Positions 8,776 to 18,948 are shown, counted from the stretch's first letter. The stretch is 64,000 nucleotides of DNA from an uncultured Candidatus Saccharibacteria bacterium (GCA_964504715.1 CAZDEP010000006.1:4748-68747); one strand, 5' to 3'. Numbers and translations: made by a program. Notes: a model not told the origin generated them from the sequence alone.

Positions 8776-9234
8776 ATGGCTCAAGAAACAACCAACACAA
8801 CTAAAGAAGTTATTGAGGAGACTCCTAAAACGGATGCCACTGCAGAAGCTCCAAAAATCAAGTCTAAGAAGAAAAAGTCCAAGGCTAAAGTCACTAAGGG
8901 CAAGATTTTTGTCAATTCCACTTATAATAATACTATTGTGTCGGTTACAGATATGGCCGGCAATGTTTTGTTATGGAGCAGCGCCGGTAAAATCGGTTTT
9001 AAAGGTTCCAAAAAATCCACTCCTTATGCCGGACAAAAGACTATGGAAGACGCCCTGGCTCGTTTAAAGGAGAGAGGCCTGACCGAAGTCGATATTTTTA
9101 TAAAAGGCATAGGTTCCGGCAGAGAATCGGCAGTTCGAGCGCTTCAAGGCAGCGGTTTGGCCGTCTTAACCATTAAGGACCAGACACCCATTCCGCACGG
9201 CGGCGTAAGGCCAAAGAAGCCCAGAAGAGTTTAA
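8776..9234 (+). CDS. rpsK: 30S ribosomal protein S11, with a lysine-rich N-terminal extension
   Basis: S11 core (IVSVTDMAGNVLLWSSAGKIGFKGSKKSTPYAGQ ... IKGIGSGRESAVRAL). Confidence 0.95.
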   Translation: MAQETTNTTKEVIEETPKTDATAEAPKIKSKKKKSKAKVTKGKIFVNSTYNNTIVSVTDMAGNVLLWSSAGKIGFKGSKKSTPYAGQKTMEDALARLKERGLTEVDIFIKGIGSGRESAVRALQGSGLAVLTIKDQTPIPHGGVRPKKPRRV

Positions 9235-9306
9235 ACCTTAATTTTAGATAAGAGTAAAATTAGAATTTAATTATTTTTCGGATTTCTATATTCGAACTTA
9301 GAAATT

Positions 9307-9915
9307 ATGCGTTATACAGGACCCAAAGCAAAAAAAGCCAGGCGATTTGGAATGGCATTCACCGCCAAAGACGCTAAGATCCTTCAAAAAAGGGGTTTTG
9401 CACCTGGGCAGCACGGCCAAAATAAAGCCAGAATTTCCGAATACGGCATGCAATTGCGCGAAAAGCAGAAAATGAAAATCAATTACGGCGTCCTGGAAAA
9501 GCAGTTCAGCAATTATTTTAAAAAAGCCTTAAGCCAGACCGGTGTAACAGGCGATAACTTGCTCAGGGCGCTTGAAATGCGTTTAGACAATGTCATCTAC
9601 AGGCTTGGGTTTGCCGAAAGCCGGGCTCAGGCCAGGCAATTGGTATCGCACGGATTTTTTACTGTCAATGCAAAAAAGGTTGATATTCCTTCCTTTCAAA
9701 CCAAAGTAGGCGATGTCATAAAATTCAAAGAGAACAAAAAGAAAAGCAAGTATGTGGAAGTTTTAAAAGAAAAGCTGAAAGGTATTCAGCCCGCAGAGTG
9801 GCTGGAGGTAGACAAGTCAGTCATGGTTGGGAAAGTGCTTACTTCACCTACGCCCGAAATGGTAGGAAACCAAATAAACACGCAATTGATTGTTGAACAT
9901 TATAGCCGCACCTAA
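9307..9915 (+). CDS. rpsD: 30S ribosomal protein S4
   Basis: MRYTGPKAKKARRFG ... LDNVIYRLGFAESRAQARQLVSHG. Confidence 0.95.
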   Translation: MRYTGPKAKKARRFGMAFTAKDAKILQKRGFAPGQHGQNKARISEYGMQLREKQKMKINYGVLEKQFSNYFKKALSQTGVTGDNLLRALEMRLDNVIYRLGFAESRAQARQLVSHGFFTVNAKKVDIPSFQTKVGDVIKFKENKKKSKYVEVLKEKLKGIQPAEWLEVDKSVMVGKVLTSPTPEMVGNQINTQLIVEHYSRT

Positions 9916-9981
9916 TCTTTTAATCCTTCATCCTTAATTTTCGTTAAAGATTAAGGATTAAACATTAACTATATTAAAACT

Positions 9982-10920
9982 ATGGAAGCAATTCCTCTTC
10001 CAAACCGCGCTAAAATTGAAGATTTGGGCGGAAATAAGTACAAGCTAATTTTAGAACCGCTATATCCAGGATATGGCGTTACTGTTGGCAATGCGTTAAG
10101 AAGGGTTTTGTTGTCTTCCATGCCCGGATCTTCCGTCACTGCGGTTAAAATCAAGTACGTTGACCATGAATTTTCAACAATCCCCAATGTGAAGGAAGAT
10201 GTTATACAGCTTTTATTGAATTTAAAGCAGCTTAGGGTCAGGAGCTTTAGCACTGAGCCGGTCAGAATTCTCTTGAAGGCAAAAGGCGAAAAAGTTGTCA
10301 CTGCAGCCGATATAAAAGAAACCGATCAGGTTAAGGTCATAAGCAAAGATTTGCACATCGCAACTCTTGACAACAAAAATTCCGACTTTGAAATGGAATT
10401 GGTTGTTGAGCAGGGTAAAGGCTATTTGCCGGTAGAGCAAAGGGAAAATCATAAGCCGGAAATTGGCATGATTGCTTTAGACGCAGTATTTACCCCGGTT
10501 AAGTCGGTATTTTTCGATATTTCCAACGTACGCGTAGGCCAGCTTACAAACTTTGACAAATTGGAAGTAGTTATGGAAACCGACGGAAGCATAGACGGCA
10601 ATACCGCCATAAACATTGCAACCCATATTCTGGTTGACCATTTTTCCATGCTTTTTTCTGAACAGCCCGAAGGCGTTATCGAGAGACCCGAAGAAGCCGC
10701 TTTGCCCGGTGAAGGCGAAACAGCCGAAGTAGAAACGGTCCCAGGAGAAGACAATGAAATAACCGCTTCCACGCTTTCCACCCGCGCTAAGAACGCGCTT
10801 TCCAAAAACGGCATAAGCAGTATGAGCGCCTTAAGAGCATTAAGCAACGAGCAGATAGAGAATATTGAGGGCTTGGGCAAGAAAACCATTATGGAGATTA
10901 TTGAGTTTTTAGGCCGATAA
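9982..10920 (+). CDS. rpoA: DNA-directed RNA polymerase alpha subunit
   Basis: LEPLYPGYGVTVGNALRRVLLSSMPG plus a C-terminal alpha-CTD. Confidence 0.95.
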   Translation: MEAIPLPNRAKIEDLGGNKYKLILEPLYPGYGVTVGNALRRVLLSSMPGSSVTAVKIKYVDHEFSTIPNVKEDVIQLLLNLKQLRVRSFSTEPVRILLKAKGEKVVTAADIKETDQVKVISKDLHIATLDNKNSDFEMELVVEQGKGYLPVEQRENHKPEIGMIALDAVFTPVKSVFFDISNVRVGQLTNFDKLEVVMETDGSIDGNTAINIATHILVDHFSMLFSEQPEGVIERPEEAALPGEGETAEVETVPGEDNEITASTLSTRAKNALSKNGISSMSALRALSNEQIENIEGLGKKTIMEIIEFLGR

Positions 10921-10925
10921 AATTA

Positions 10926-10954
10926 TTGACAAAAGTTTACTCGGCAATTATGCT
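10926..10954 (+). promoter_or_regulatory. Sigma-70-type promoter upstream of rplQ
   Basis: TTGACA, a 17-nt spacer, then TATGCT. Confidence 0.4.
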
Positions 10955-10993
10955 CTATTTATTTAATTTTTTTAAATTTTGTTGAATTAAATT

Positions 10994-11338
10994 ATGCGTC
11001 ACAGAAAAAAGCCAAAAATAGGTAAAGGCAACGACCAAAAAAGGAAGCTTTTAAGAAGCCTTGCTTCTTCTTTGGTGCTGTACGAAAAAATAACTACGAC
11101 TTTAAAAAATGCCCGGGCGGCAAAATCCTACGCCGAGAAATTAATTACCCGCTCCAAAGAAAATAGCCTGCATAACCGAAGGATTTTAGCTTCAATGCTC
11201 AGCCCGATGGCCGCGAAAAAAGCCATTGAGGTCTTAGGCCCCAAGTACAAAGAGCGCAAAGGCGGGTATACCAGAATGGTAAAGTTAGTGCACCACCTGT
11301 CCGGAAATTCTAAGGTTTTACTGGAACTGGTGGAATAA
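10994..11338 (+). CDS. rplQ: 50S ribosomal protein L17
   Basis: MRHRKK ... LLRSLASSLVLYEKITTTLKNA. Confidence 0.9.
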   Translation: MRHRKKPKIGKGNDQKRKLLRSLASSLVLYEKITTTLKNARAAKSYAEKLITRSKENSLHNRRILASMLSPMAAKKAIEVLGPKYKERKGGYTRMVKLVHHLSGNSKVLLELVE

Positions 11339-11425
11339 ACTGGCGCTTCGCGCCCCCGATCAACAAGAACGCGTTGTTACAAGTTTAATTTTAAATCCGC
11401 GCTATCTGCGTATCAGCGAAAATTT

Positions 11426-11851
11426 ATGAAGTCACAAAAAATCACACTACCTAAAGTTAAAGAGGTAAAAAGGAGTTGGTACCAAATTGACGCCTCCTCG
11501 GCGACAATGGGCAGGGTTGCAAGCCAGATTGCCAACATCCTCAGAGGAAAGCATAAAAGGGATTTTACACCCCATATGGATATGGGTGATTTTGTGGTTG
11601 CCATAAACGCCGATGCGCCAAAATTTACAGGCAGGAAAGTTGACCAGAAAAAATATTTCCGCCATTCCGGTTATTTAGGTGGTATTAAATCAACCACCCT
11701 CAAAGTGCAACTGCAGAAAGAACCTACCGAAGTTTTAAAAAAAGCAGTGTTCAGCATGATTGACGATTTGAAGTTCAGGAAAAAAATCATGTCCAGATTA
11801 AAATTGGTAAAGGGGACTGAACATAATTATAAAATTGATAAGACTTTATAA
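11426..11851 (+). CDS. rplM: 50S ribosomal protein L13
   Basis: SWYQIDASSATMGRVASQIANILRGKHK. Confidence 0.9.
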   Translation: MKSQKITLPKVKEVKRSWYQIDASSATMGRVASQIANILRGKHKRDFTPHMDMGDFVVAINADAPKFTGRKVDQKKYFRHSGYLGGIKSTTLKVQLQKEPTEVLKKAVFSMIDDLKFRKKIMSRLKLVKGTEHNYKIDKTL

Positions 11852-11948
11852 CATAATCTGAATTATCCAAAGATTAATGCCCGAAAAGTAAATATTCGGG
11901 ACATTTGGATCCGCCTCTGGCGGGAATTCGGAACATTAGGATATATTA

Positions 11949-12470
11949 ATGCCGACTAAAACCACCACAACCAAGCCCGCAATCAAAACAGTAAGAAAGC
12001 CTCGCGCTGCTAAGCCAAAAGTAGAAGAAGCCGCGCCGCACGCGGAAGCAAAGACTGAAAATAAAGCCCATCACGTTGCTAAGGGTAAGTACATTTTTGC
12101 AACCGGCAGGCGCAAAACCGCCATTGCCAACGTCAGGCTTTTTGAAGGCAGCGGCAAGCACGTGGTAAACCAAAAACCTTTTGAAGGTTATTTTGGTTAC
12201 GGTTTCCACCAGGAAAAAGTCTTAAAGCCTTTTGATGTAACCGGTTTGGGAAAAAACTATTTTTTCACAGCCAGTATTTCCGGCGGCGGCAGCAACGCCC
12301 AAGCCGAAGCCTTAAGCCACGGCATTTCCCGCGCCCTTGCCGGCCTGTCCGACGATATAAAGAGCCTGCTTAAGAAAAACGGGCTGCTTACCCGCGACGA
12401 CAGAGTAAAAGAAAGAAAGAAGCCCGGCTTAAAACGCGCCCGCCGCGCTCCCCAGTGGGCCAAACGTTAA
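11949..12470 (+). CDS. rpsI: 30S ribosomal protein S9, with an N-terminal extension
   Basis: GRRKTAIANVRLFEGSG ... KKPGLKRARRAPQWAKR. Confidence 0.9.
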   Translation: MPTKTTTTKPAIKTVRKPRAAKPKVEEAAPHAEAKTENKAHHVAKGKYIFATGRRKTAIANVRLFEGSGKHVVNQKPFEGYFGYGFHQEKVLKPFDVTGLGKNYFFTASISGGGSNAQAEALSHGISRALAGLSDDIKSLLKKNGLLTRDDRVKERKKPGLKRARRAPQWAKR

Positions 12471-12475
12471 TTTTA

Positions 12476-12508
12476 AAACCGTTCCGCTGTAAGCGGGACG
12501 GTTTTTTT
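12476..12508 (+). terminator. Rho-independent terminator after rpsI
   Basis: Hairpin ccgttccgctgtaagcgggacgg followed by a T-run. Confidence 0.7.
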
Positions 12509-12652
12509 GTCGTTTATAGCAGGACAACGCATCTTTTCAGCGTTTCCGGTTATCCACTGTTACTTTGGGCAATAATTAGCGTATAATTTAATAGCAAAAA
12601 TAAATTATAGTTAACCCGAGGTTTTAAATTGACCCCGGACGAAAGGAAAGCA

Positions 12653-13426
12653 ATGAATCCATTCCCAAAATGGCTGGTAAGCGGCCTTGGCGGGCTGCTT
12701 ATTGCCTTGGTCGCCTTAATGGTAATCGGCAAAGGCAATGAACTGAGTGCCCAGCTTAGAAACAAAAATCCCAAAAATACAATTTCCGTGAGCGCCGAAG
12801 GCAAGGTCCAAGCGGTGCCGGATTTAGCTACAGTAAACTTGGGCGTGTTAACCCAGGGTTCCAGCCCGGCAAAAGTCCAGGAGGACAACACTCTTAAGGT
12901 AAATAAAATAATCGACTACATAAAGCAGCAGGGGATTGGCAAGGATGAAATTTCCACCTCGCAATTTAATATCTATCCCCAATATGATTATTCCAACGGC
13001 CGGAATAATATTATTGGCTACCAATTAAACCAAACCATAACGGTAAAAGTTAAGGGCGTGGACAAAACCACCGACGTACTGGGCAAAATACTGCAGGGAG
13101 CGGTTAACGAGGGCGCGAACGAAATAAACGGCGTGTCTTTGGGGTTTGACGATCCGGACAACTTAAGGCAAGAAGCGCGCAAACAGGCTATAGAAAAAGC
13201 CAAAGCCAAGGCCCAGGATCTGGCCCAAGCTGCAGGCTTGCGCCTTGGGAAAGTGGTAAGCGTTTCGGAATCGGGCATGGGCGGCTATCCGACGCCAATG
13301 TATGCAGAATACGGCATGGGTTACGGCGGTATGGACTCGGCTCAAGTGAAGGCGGCAGCCCCAAATGTTGAACCAGGCAGTCAAGATGTAATTGCAAATA
13401 TGACTGTTGTATTTGAAGTTAAGTAG
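12653..13426 (+). CDS. SIMPL/DUF541-family periplasmic protein (YggE-like)
   Basis: Signal anchor plus the SIMPL-domain pattern. RBS AGGAAA lies before the ATG at 12653 (track ORF begins at 12629). Confidence 0.65.
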   Translation: MNPFPKWLVSGLGGLLIALVALMVIGKGNELSAQLRNKNPKNTISVSAEGKVQAVPDLATVNLGVLTQGSSPAKVQEDNTLKVNKIIDYIKQQGIGKDEISTSQFNIYPQYDYSNGRNNIIGYQLNQTITVKVKGVDKTTDVLGKILQGAVNEGANEINGVSLGFDDPDNLRQEARKQAIEKAKAKAQDLAQAAGLRLGKVVSVSESGMGGYPTPMYAEYGMGYGGMDSAQVKAAAPNVEPGSQDVIANMTVVFEVK

Positions 13427-13442
13427 CAAAGGTTTTTTGCAA

Positions 13443-13480
13443 GATGACGGTCTTCTTGCTTTAGCAAGAAGACCGTCATC
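13443..13480. terminator. Perfect 18-bp stem hairpin (gatgacggtcttcttgct / agcaagaagaccgtcatc)
   Basis: Lies between the convergent SIMPL gene (+) and rnpB (-). Confidence 0.5.
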
Positions 13481-13502
13481 TAAATAAGTAGGATAAAATT
13501 AA

Positions 13503-13533
13503 AACAATCCCGCATTTTGCGGGATTGTTTTAA
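13503..13533. terminator. Hairpin aaaacaatcccgcattttgcgggattgtttt, likely rnpB terminator
   Basis: Perfect palindromic stem with flanking A/T runs, immediately 3' of rnpB on the minus strand. Confidence 0.55.
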
Positions 13534-13534
13534 T

Positions 13535-13950
13535 GCTCTAAGCAAGCTCATAAGCCGAATTCTGTTTCTTCCGCCAAAGGCGGATCGCCGAAATTAAATA
13601 AATAATCTTGGCGAAATAATCATCTCTCTGCCCATTCGATTGCTCGGAAGGGTCAAGCAGCCTACCAAATTTGGCCTTGCACTCAAGTAAGGATTTAGCC
13701 GTTTCACCCGCGATATTTCTATCACGGCTCACCCTATGCCGTATATCTTCCTTTTCGGGAAAATTCGGGTATAGGGTGTCTTTAGCCTTTCGGCCAAAGA
13801 CGTTTCTGTTCGCACCTCGAGGATTACTCCAGACGGGCGTTACCCGCTACTAATTTTGAAAACTCTATAGAGGTTCTCAAAGGAGTGTTCGGACTTTCCT
13901 CCCAGCCCTTTGAATAGAGCTGGGCGATTATTCGACTTGCTTAGAGCCAG
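13535..13950 (-). ncRNA. rnpB: RNase P RNA (bacterial type A)
   Basis: The minus-strand read has a P1 pairing (gctctaagcaag ... cttgcttagagc) and a P3 hairpin. The universally conserved P4 strands are present: GGAGGAAAGTCCGAAC at the 5' end and ACAGAATTCGGCTTA at the 3' end. It also carries GGGTAACGCC, GTGCGAACAGAAAC, AGGGTGAAACGGC and TGCAAGGCCAAAT. Confidence 0.8.
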
Positions 13951-13952
13951 TC

Positions 13953-13981
13953 GAATATTATCATATAATGTTGCTTTTGTC
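13953..13981 (-). promoter_or_regulatory. rnpB promoter
   Basis: Minus-strand TTGACA, a 17-nt spacer, then TAATAT, ending about 7 nt before the predicted 5' end of RNase P RNA. Confidence 0.55.
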
Positions 13982-13990
13982 AACGAAAAA

Positions 13991-13999
13991 TGGTATAAT
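13991..13999 (+). promoter_or_regulatory. Extended -10 promoter (TGGTATAAT) for the glycan cluster, divergent from rnpB
   Basis: TGnTATAAT about 95 nt upstream of the 14095 start. Confidence 0.4.
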
Positions 14000-14094
14000 T
14001 TTAAGTGTTTATAGGGAAATATGCAAGTGTTTATTGCATTTTTTTGCTATTATTATTTCCTTTGCTAATTAATCTTTTCAATAGTTTGGAATAA

Positions 14095-15531
14095 ATGAAA
14101 CGTTCTGAGTTGGCCTTTAATATGGCTTCCATCCCGGTTGATGCTTGCATGCTTTTGTTTGCAGGACTGATATCTTTTTATTTGCGCGAGCGATCTACTA
14201 AGCTCGTGGGTCCGATTTTATTCCAACTAAAACTGTCCGACTTTTTGTCGGTTTCCTATAAGCTCATACCTATCCTGCTTATAATATTTGCCATTCTCGG
14301 ACTTTATAATTTAAAAGGCACCCGCAAGTTTTTTACCGAGTTTGGGCGGGTTGCCGTGGCGGTTTCCTTGGGCCTGCTTATCGTCATGCTCCTTTTCTTT
14401 TTTGACCAGACAATCTTTCCATCGCGTTTTATTATTCTTGCCACGTGGGTATTGGGTATATTTTTTGTCACTTTTGGCCGCCTGACGCTTAAGGCCTTCC
14501 AAGAGTTTGCTTTTTCCAAACATATTGGCTTGCATAGGCTTGTTTTAATCAATGGCGCCGGCAGTGATGCCCGTATAATTGAGAATTTTTTCAAAAATAA
14601 AGCATACGGTTACGAGGTTGTAAAGGAACTGGAATTTAATTCGCAAATTTTCGGTATTTTGCAAGACTTGCATGCCCGGCAGAAAATTGACGAAATCTTG
14701 CAGGCCAATCCTACTTTAAGCGACGAACAAAATTTGAAGTTAGTGGAGTTTTGCCGGAACAACGGCTTGCGTTATTGCTTTGTGCCAAATTTGTTTAATG
14801 TCCAGCGGGGCGCTGTAGAAACCACCGATTACAATGGCATGCCCATAATTAGCTTAAAAAATACCCCGCTTGACGGCTGGGGCAAAGTCGCAAAAAGGAT
14901 TATGGATATTGTTTGTTCGATCATTTGCCTAATTCTGACCTCGCCATTTTTTTTGCTAATCGCTATTGCCATAAAAATAGACAGCCGGGGGCGGGTAATT
15001 TATTCCGCCACCCGTGGCGGCAAAAATCGCGACTTTAAGTTTTATAAATTCCGGACCATGTTCAGCCATATGTCGGTAGGGGATGCTTACGGCGGGCAGA
15101 ATGCCGAAAAATTAAGGCGCGAGCTTTGGAAAAAAAATAACCGCGGCGGCGAAGAGGGGCCATTTCTTAAAATAAAAGAGGATCCGCGCGTAACCAGGGT
15201 GGGGCGCTTTTTAAGGCGGACAAAGTTGGATGAAATTCCGCAATTTTGGAATGTTTTTTTGGGACATATGAGTATGGTCGGGCCGCGGGCCCATGTTTTG
15301 GACGAGGTCGAAAGGTACAGGAGCAGGTACATGAGAATGTTTTCCATAAAGCCCGGAGTTTTTGGGCTGTCTCAAATAGCGCAGTTTAATTGGCCCGATC
15401 TTCCTTTCGAGGAGGAGATTAGGCTCAACACACATTATATAGAAAATTGGTCGCTGTGGTTGGACTTAAAAGTATTGGCTAGAATGTTTTGGCTTTTGTT
15501 TTTTTCTAAAAAACCAAAAGGAGATTACTAA
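14095..15531 (+). CDS. Polyprenyl-phosphate sugar phosphotransferase (WbaP/bacterial sugar transferase family)
   Basis: Four N-terminal TM helices plus the C-terminal sugar-transferase domain (DIVCSIICLILTSPFFLLIAIAIKIDSRGRVIY ... RRTKLDEIPQFWNVFLGHMSMVGPR). Confidence 0.85.
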   Translation: MKRSELAFNMASIPVDACMLLFAGLISFYLRERSTKLVGPILFQLKLSDFLSVSYKLIPILLIIFAILGLYNLKGTRKFFTEFGRVAVAVSLGLLIVMLLFFFDQTIFPSRFIILATWVLGIFFVTFGRLTLKAFQEFAFSKHIGLHRLVLINGAGSDARIIENFFKNKAYGYEVVKELEFNSQIFGILQDLHARQKIDEILQANPTLSDEQNLKLVEFCRNNGLRYCFVPNLFNVQRGAVETTDYNGMPIISLKNTPLDGWGKVAKRIMDIVCSIICLILTSPFFLLIAIAIKIDSRGRVIYSATRGGKNRDFKFYKFRTMFSHMSVGDAYGGQNAEKLRRELWKKNNRGGEEGPFLKIKEDPRVTRVGRFLRRTKLDEIPQFWNVFLGHMSMVGPRAHVLDEVERYRSRYMRMFSIKPGVFGLSQIAQFNWPDLPFEEEIRLNTHYIENWSLWLDLKVLARMFWLLFFSKKPKGDY

Positions 15532-15559
15532 AAGACTCAATTATTTATCCGACGTGCAT

Positions 15560-16654
15560 ATGAAAATTGCTCTTGTTCATGACTCCATTACCCAATCCGG
15601 AGGGGCGGAGAGAGTGGTGGATTGTTTGCATGAGGTTTTTCCTGAGGCTCCGGTTTATACGTTGGTGATGGATCGCAAACTGGCCGCCCGTTACGCCACT
15701 TGGGATATTCGTACTACTTGGCTTCAGCCCCTTTATAATTTTTTGCCTAAACTTCAGTACTGGCTCTTTTTTATTCCATGGGCAGTGGGCTCTATTAGAA
15801 TTAAGGATGTAGAGGTGGTGATATCGTCTTCATCGGGTTTTGCAAAGAATATTCGGGTTGCAAAAAATGTCTGCCATGTAAATTATTGCCATACGCCTTC
15901 CAGATTTTTATGGATTGATAAAGATTACATTAATCAAGAAGTTAAGTGGTTTTTTAGGCCCGGTGTTAAATTGTTCTTATGGTGGATGAAAAAATGGGAC
16001 TCCAAGGGCTCCAAAACGGTAAATATTTTCATTGCCAATTCCAAAGAAGTTCAAAAGCGGATTGCCGAGGTTTACAGTCGGGACTCGGAAGTAATTTATC
16101 CCGCTATTGATACCGATTTTTGGAAACCGACCCAAGCCAAACAAAACTATTTCCTAGTCGCAGGCCGTCTGCAGGCGCATAAGAGAATAGATTTTATAGT
16201 CGAATGTTTTAACGAGTTAAACCTGCCGCTTCATGTGGTTGGCACCGGAAGGCAGGAAAGCTATTTGAAGTCAATTTCAGGTCCCAACATTAAATTTTTA
16301 GGATACGTATCTGATGATAAATTAAGAGACGAATATAGCGGCGCAATTGCCTTTATTTATCCTCAGGTGGAAGACTTCGGCCTGATGCCCCTGGAAGCCG
16401 CTGCCTGCGGCACTCCCACCTTAGCCTTCGCCCGGGGCGGTGCTTTGGAAACGGTAATTTCGGGTGTAACCGGGGAGTTCTTTGAAAGTTACAATAAATT
16501 AAAAGTAAAAGAAATAGTTTTAGATTGGCAACAGACGAAGTATAAACAAGAGGAGTTATGGAACCAGGCTTTAAAATTTAACAAAGACGCATTTAAAAAT
16601 AAGATTCACAATTTGATTGACAGTTTACATCTTGCGCGGCCGCGCAAGATGTAA
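15560..16654 (+). CDS. GT4 family glycosyltransferase
   Basis: EDFGLMPLEAAACGTPTLAFARGGALETV (GT-B C-terminal E-x7-E motif). Confidence 0.8.
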   Translation: MKIALVHDSITQSGGAERVVDCLHEVFPEAPVYTLVMDRKLAARYATWDIRTTWLQPLYNFLPKLQYWLFFIPWAVGSIRIKDVEVVISSSSGFAKNIRVAKNVCHVNYCHTPSRFLWIDKDYINQEVKWFFRPGVKLFLWWMKKWDSKGSKTVNIFIANSKEVQKRIAEVYSRDSEVIYPAIDTDFWKPTQAKQNYFLVAGRLQAHKRIDFIVECFNELNLPLHVVGTGRQESYLKSISGPNIKFLGYVSDDKLRDEYSGAIAFIYPQVEDFGLMPLEAAACGTPTLAFARGGALETVISGVTGEFFESYNKLKVKEIVLDWQQTKYKQEELWNQALKFNKDAFKNKIHNLIDSLHLARPRKM

Positions 16655-16690
16655 ACTAAAATTTTTGTCCTTATTTCATATTGTAAAGAA

Positions 16691-17815
16691 ATGAAAATCG
16701 CCGTTGATTTAAGAAGTTTGCAAACCGGTTCGGTTTCCGGAGTGGAGAATTATACTTTGAATCTTATCGAGCGGCTTTTGGAAATGGACAAAGCTAATAC
16801 CTATGTGCTGTTTTATAATTCTTTCAGTCCGTTGGAACTAAGAGACTTGAATTTTGTAAATGTTAAAACCATTAGAACCACATACCCCAATAAAATTTTA
16901 AATATTTTTTTTAAGTTTAAAATCCTTAGCTTGGAAGACTTAATTGGGCCATTTGATGTGCTGTTCATGCCAAATTTAAACGTTATAAATATCAGCGAAA
17001 AGGCGAGGCTAGTGGTAACCGTCCATGACCTTTCTTTTATTAAATTCCCCGAATTTTACGATCTTAAAAGGCGGTTGTGGCATCATTTTTTAGGAGTGGG
17101 TAATTTATTTAAGCGGGCCGATTTACTGCTGGCGGTTTCTAAATACACCAAGGAGGATATGGAAAAAATTTTTCATTGCCCCGAAAGTAAAATTAAAGTA
17201 GTCTACCCAGGTGTAGACCAAGCGGTTTTTAACAGTAATATGCCACTGTATAAGTTACGAGCCCTCAGGAATAAGTACGATCTGCCTGGTGAGTTTTTTT
17301 TATTCTTGAACACCCTTGAACCGCGTAAAAATTTAATCAAGCTCGTTAAAGCTTTCGAATCGTTGAATTCCGGCACCCACTTGGTAATTGCCGGAAAGAA
17401 AGGCTGGAAGACCAGATCAATACTTAAAAAAATTGCCAATAGCCCCAAAAGAAAGCTAATCCGTTATTTAGGCTACTTTGACGAGGCGGATAAACCTGCG
17501 TTATTCAAAATGGCCAAAGCGCTTTTATACCCTTCGTACTATGAAGGCTTTGGCTTCCAAGCTTTGGAGGCAATGTCTGTCGGCACTCCCGTTTTGGCAA
17601 CCCAAGTTACTTCGTTGCCTGAAGTTGCGGGTGATGCGGCTTTGCTTATAAATCCGTATAATGAACAAGATTTGGCAGCAGCCATGAAAATCTTGGAAAC
17701 AGACGAAAAGCTAAGGGTGGGCCTAATTAACGGAGGGCTGCAAAGAGCAGGGGGCTTTACCTGGCAGAACAGCGCCCGTCAAGTATTGACTCATCTTCAA
17801 TCATTAATAAATTAA
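16691..17815 (+). CDS. GT4 family glycosyltransferase
   Basis: YEGFGFQALEAMSVGTPVLATQVTSLPEVAGDAALLINP. Confidence 0.8.
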   Translation: MKIAVDLRSLQTGSVSGVENYTLNLIERLLEMDKANTYVLFYNSFSPLELRDLNFVNVKTIRTTYPNKILNIFFKFKILSLEDLIGPFDVLFMPNLNVINISEKARLVVTVHDLSFIKFPEFYDLKRRLWHHFLGVGNLFKRADLLLAVSKYTKEDMEKIFHCPESKIKVVYPGVDQAVFNSNMPLYKLRALRNKYDLPGEFFLFLNTLEPRKNLIKLVKAFESLNSGTHLVIAGKKGWKTRSILKKIANSPKRKLIRYLGYFDEADKPALFKMAKALLYPSYYEGFGFQALEAMSVGTPVLATQVTSLPEVAGDAALLINPYNEQDLAAAMKILETDEKLRVGLINGGLQRAGGFTWQNSARQVLTHLQSLIN

Positions 17816-17816
17816 T

Positions 17817-18929
17817 ATGCGTATTGGCATAGATTTCAGAATGGCGGGTATAGAAAACGGCGGCCTGGGCAGGTATGTTTTTGAGCTGACACGGGCGCTT
17901 TTAGCGGCGGATGCGGTAAACGAGTATGTTTTATTTTGCCGAAATACCGAACAGGCTAAAACTTTATCGGGTTATAAAAACGTGCAGATTGCCAAAGCGG
18001 ACTATAGGCACTATTCTGTTTCAGAGCAGCTTTTTTTCCCGCGCATCCTTAATCGTTATAGATTAGACTTGGTCCATTTTCCAAATTTTAATGTGCCACT
18101 TTTATATAAGCGCCCGTTTATAGTTACCATCCATGATTTAATCCACCATAAAATCGGCGGGGTAAAAAAAACCAACTGGGCGCACTTTTGGGCCTACAAG
18201 AAAGTCATTGAACATGCTGCTAAAAATTCCAAATCCATAATCACGGTCTCCGAGTGTTCCAAACAGGACATTATTAATGAGCTAAAGGTTCTGCCAAGCA
18301 AGGTAAAGGTTATCTACGAGGGTATCTCTTTGCGCCCGCCGGTTGATGAAAATAAAGTCGCTCAAGCTAAGGCCAAGTACTTTCTTGAAAAACCTTATTT
18401 TATGTTTGTGGGTGTACTGCAGAGGAACAAAAATTTATCGGCCTTAGTGGAAGGTTTTGCCGACTTTCAAAAAAAATTAGGGAACAGCTTCCATTTATTA
18501 ATAGTGGGCAAAGCTGACCCGCATTACCCGGACATAAAAACCCAATGCCTATTGTCGCCGGCCGCGCAAGATTTGGTTTTCGTCGGCGCAGTGGACGATG
18601 AGGATCTAAAATCTTTGTATGCCGGGGCCCAAGGCTTTGCTTCCGCATCGGTTTTGGAAGGCTTTGGCCTGCCCGGACTTGAGGCTGCAGCTTTTGGCGT
18701 ACCGTTGGCTGTTTCCAATATCCCAGTATTCAATGAAATTTACGAAAACGCAGCCATATATTTTAACCCTAAAAATCCAGCTGAAATTTCCCAGTGCTTA
18801 AAGCTTTTGTCCATGGACGAAAAATACCACGCCCAAGTTTCTGAAAATGCGCGAAAAAGAGCTTTGTTTTTTAATTGGCAAAAATGCGCAGCGGAAACTT
18901 TGCTTGTTTATAAAAGTGTCATAAATTAA
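17817..18929 (+). CDS. GT4 family glycosyltransferase
   Basis: LEGFGLPGLEAAAFGVPLAVSNIPVFNEIYENAAIYFNP. Confidence 0.8.
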   Translation: MRIGIDFRMAGIENGGLGRYVFELTRALLAADAVNEYVLFCRNTEQAKTLSGYKNVQIAKADYRHYSVSEQLFFPRILNRYRLDLVHFPNFNVPLLYKRPFIVTIHDLIHHKIGGVKKTNWAHFWAYKKVIEHAAKNSKSIITVSECSKQDIINELKVLPSKVKVIYEGISLRPPVDENKVAQAKAKYFLEKPYFMFVGVLQRNKNLSALVEGFADFQKKLGNSFHLLIVGKADPHYPDIKTQCLLSPAAQDLVFVGAVDDEDLKSLYAGAQGFASASVLEGFGLPGLEAAAFGVPLAVSNIPVFNEIYENAAIYFNPKNPAEISQCLKLLSMDEKYHAQVSENARKRALFFNWQKCAAETLLVYKSVIN

Positions 18930-18948
18930 ATTTGCCGCTGTTGAATAA

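Noticed and set aside
13538-13853. Track ORFs 13538..13732 (-) and 13671..13853 (+)
   Set aside because: Both lie entirely inside the RNase P RNA gene and have no RBS or motif; they are spurious.
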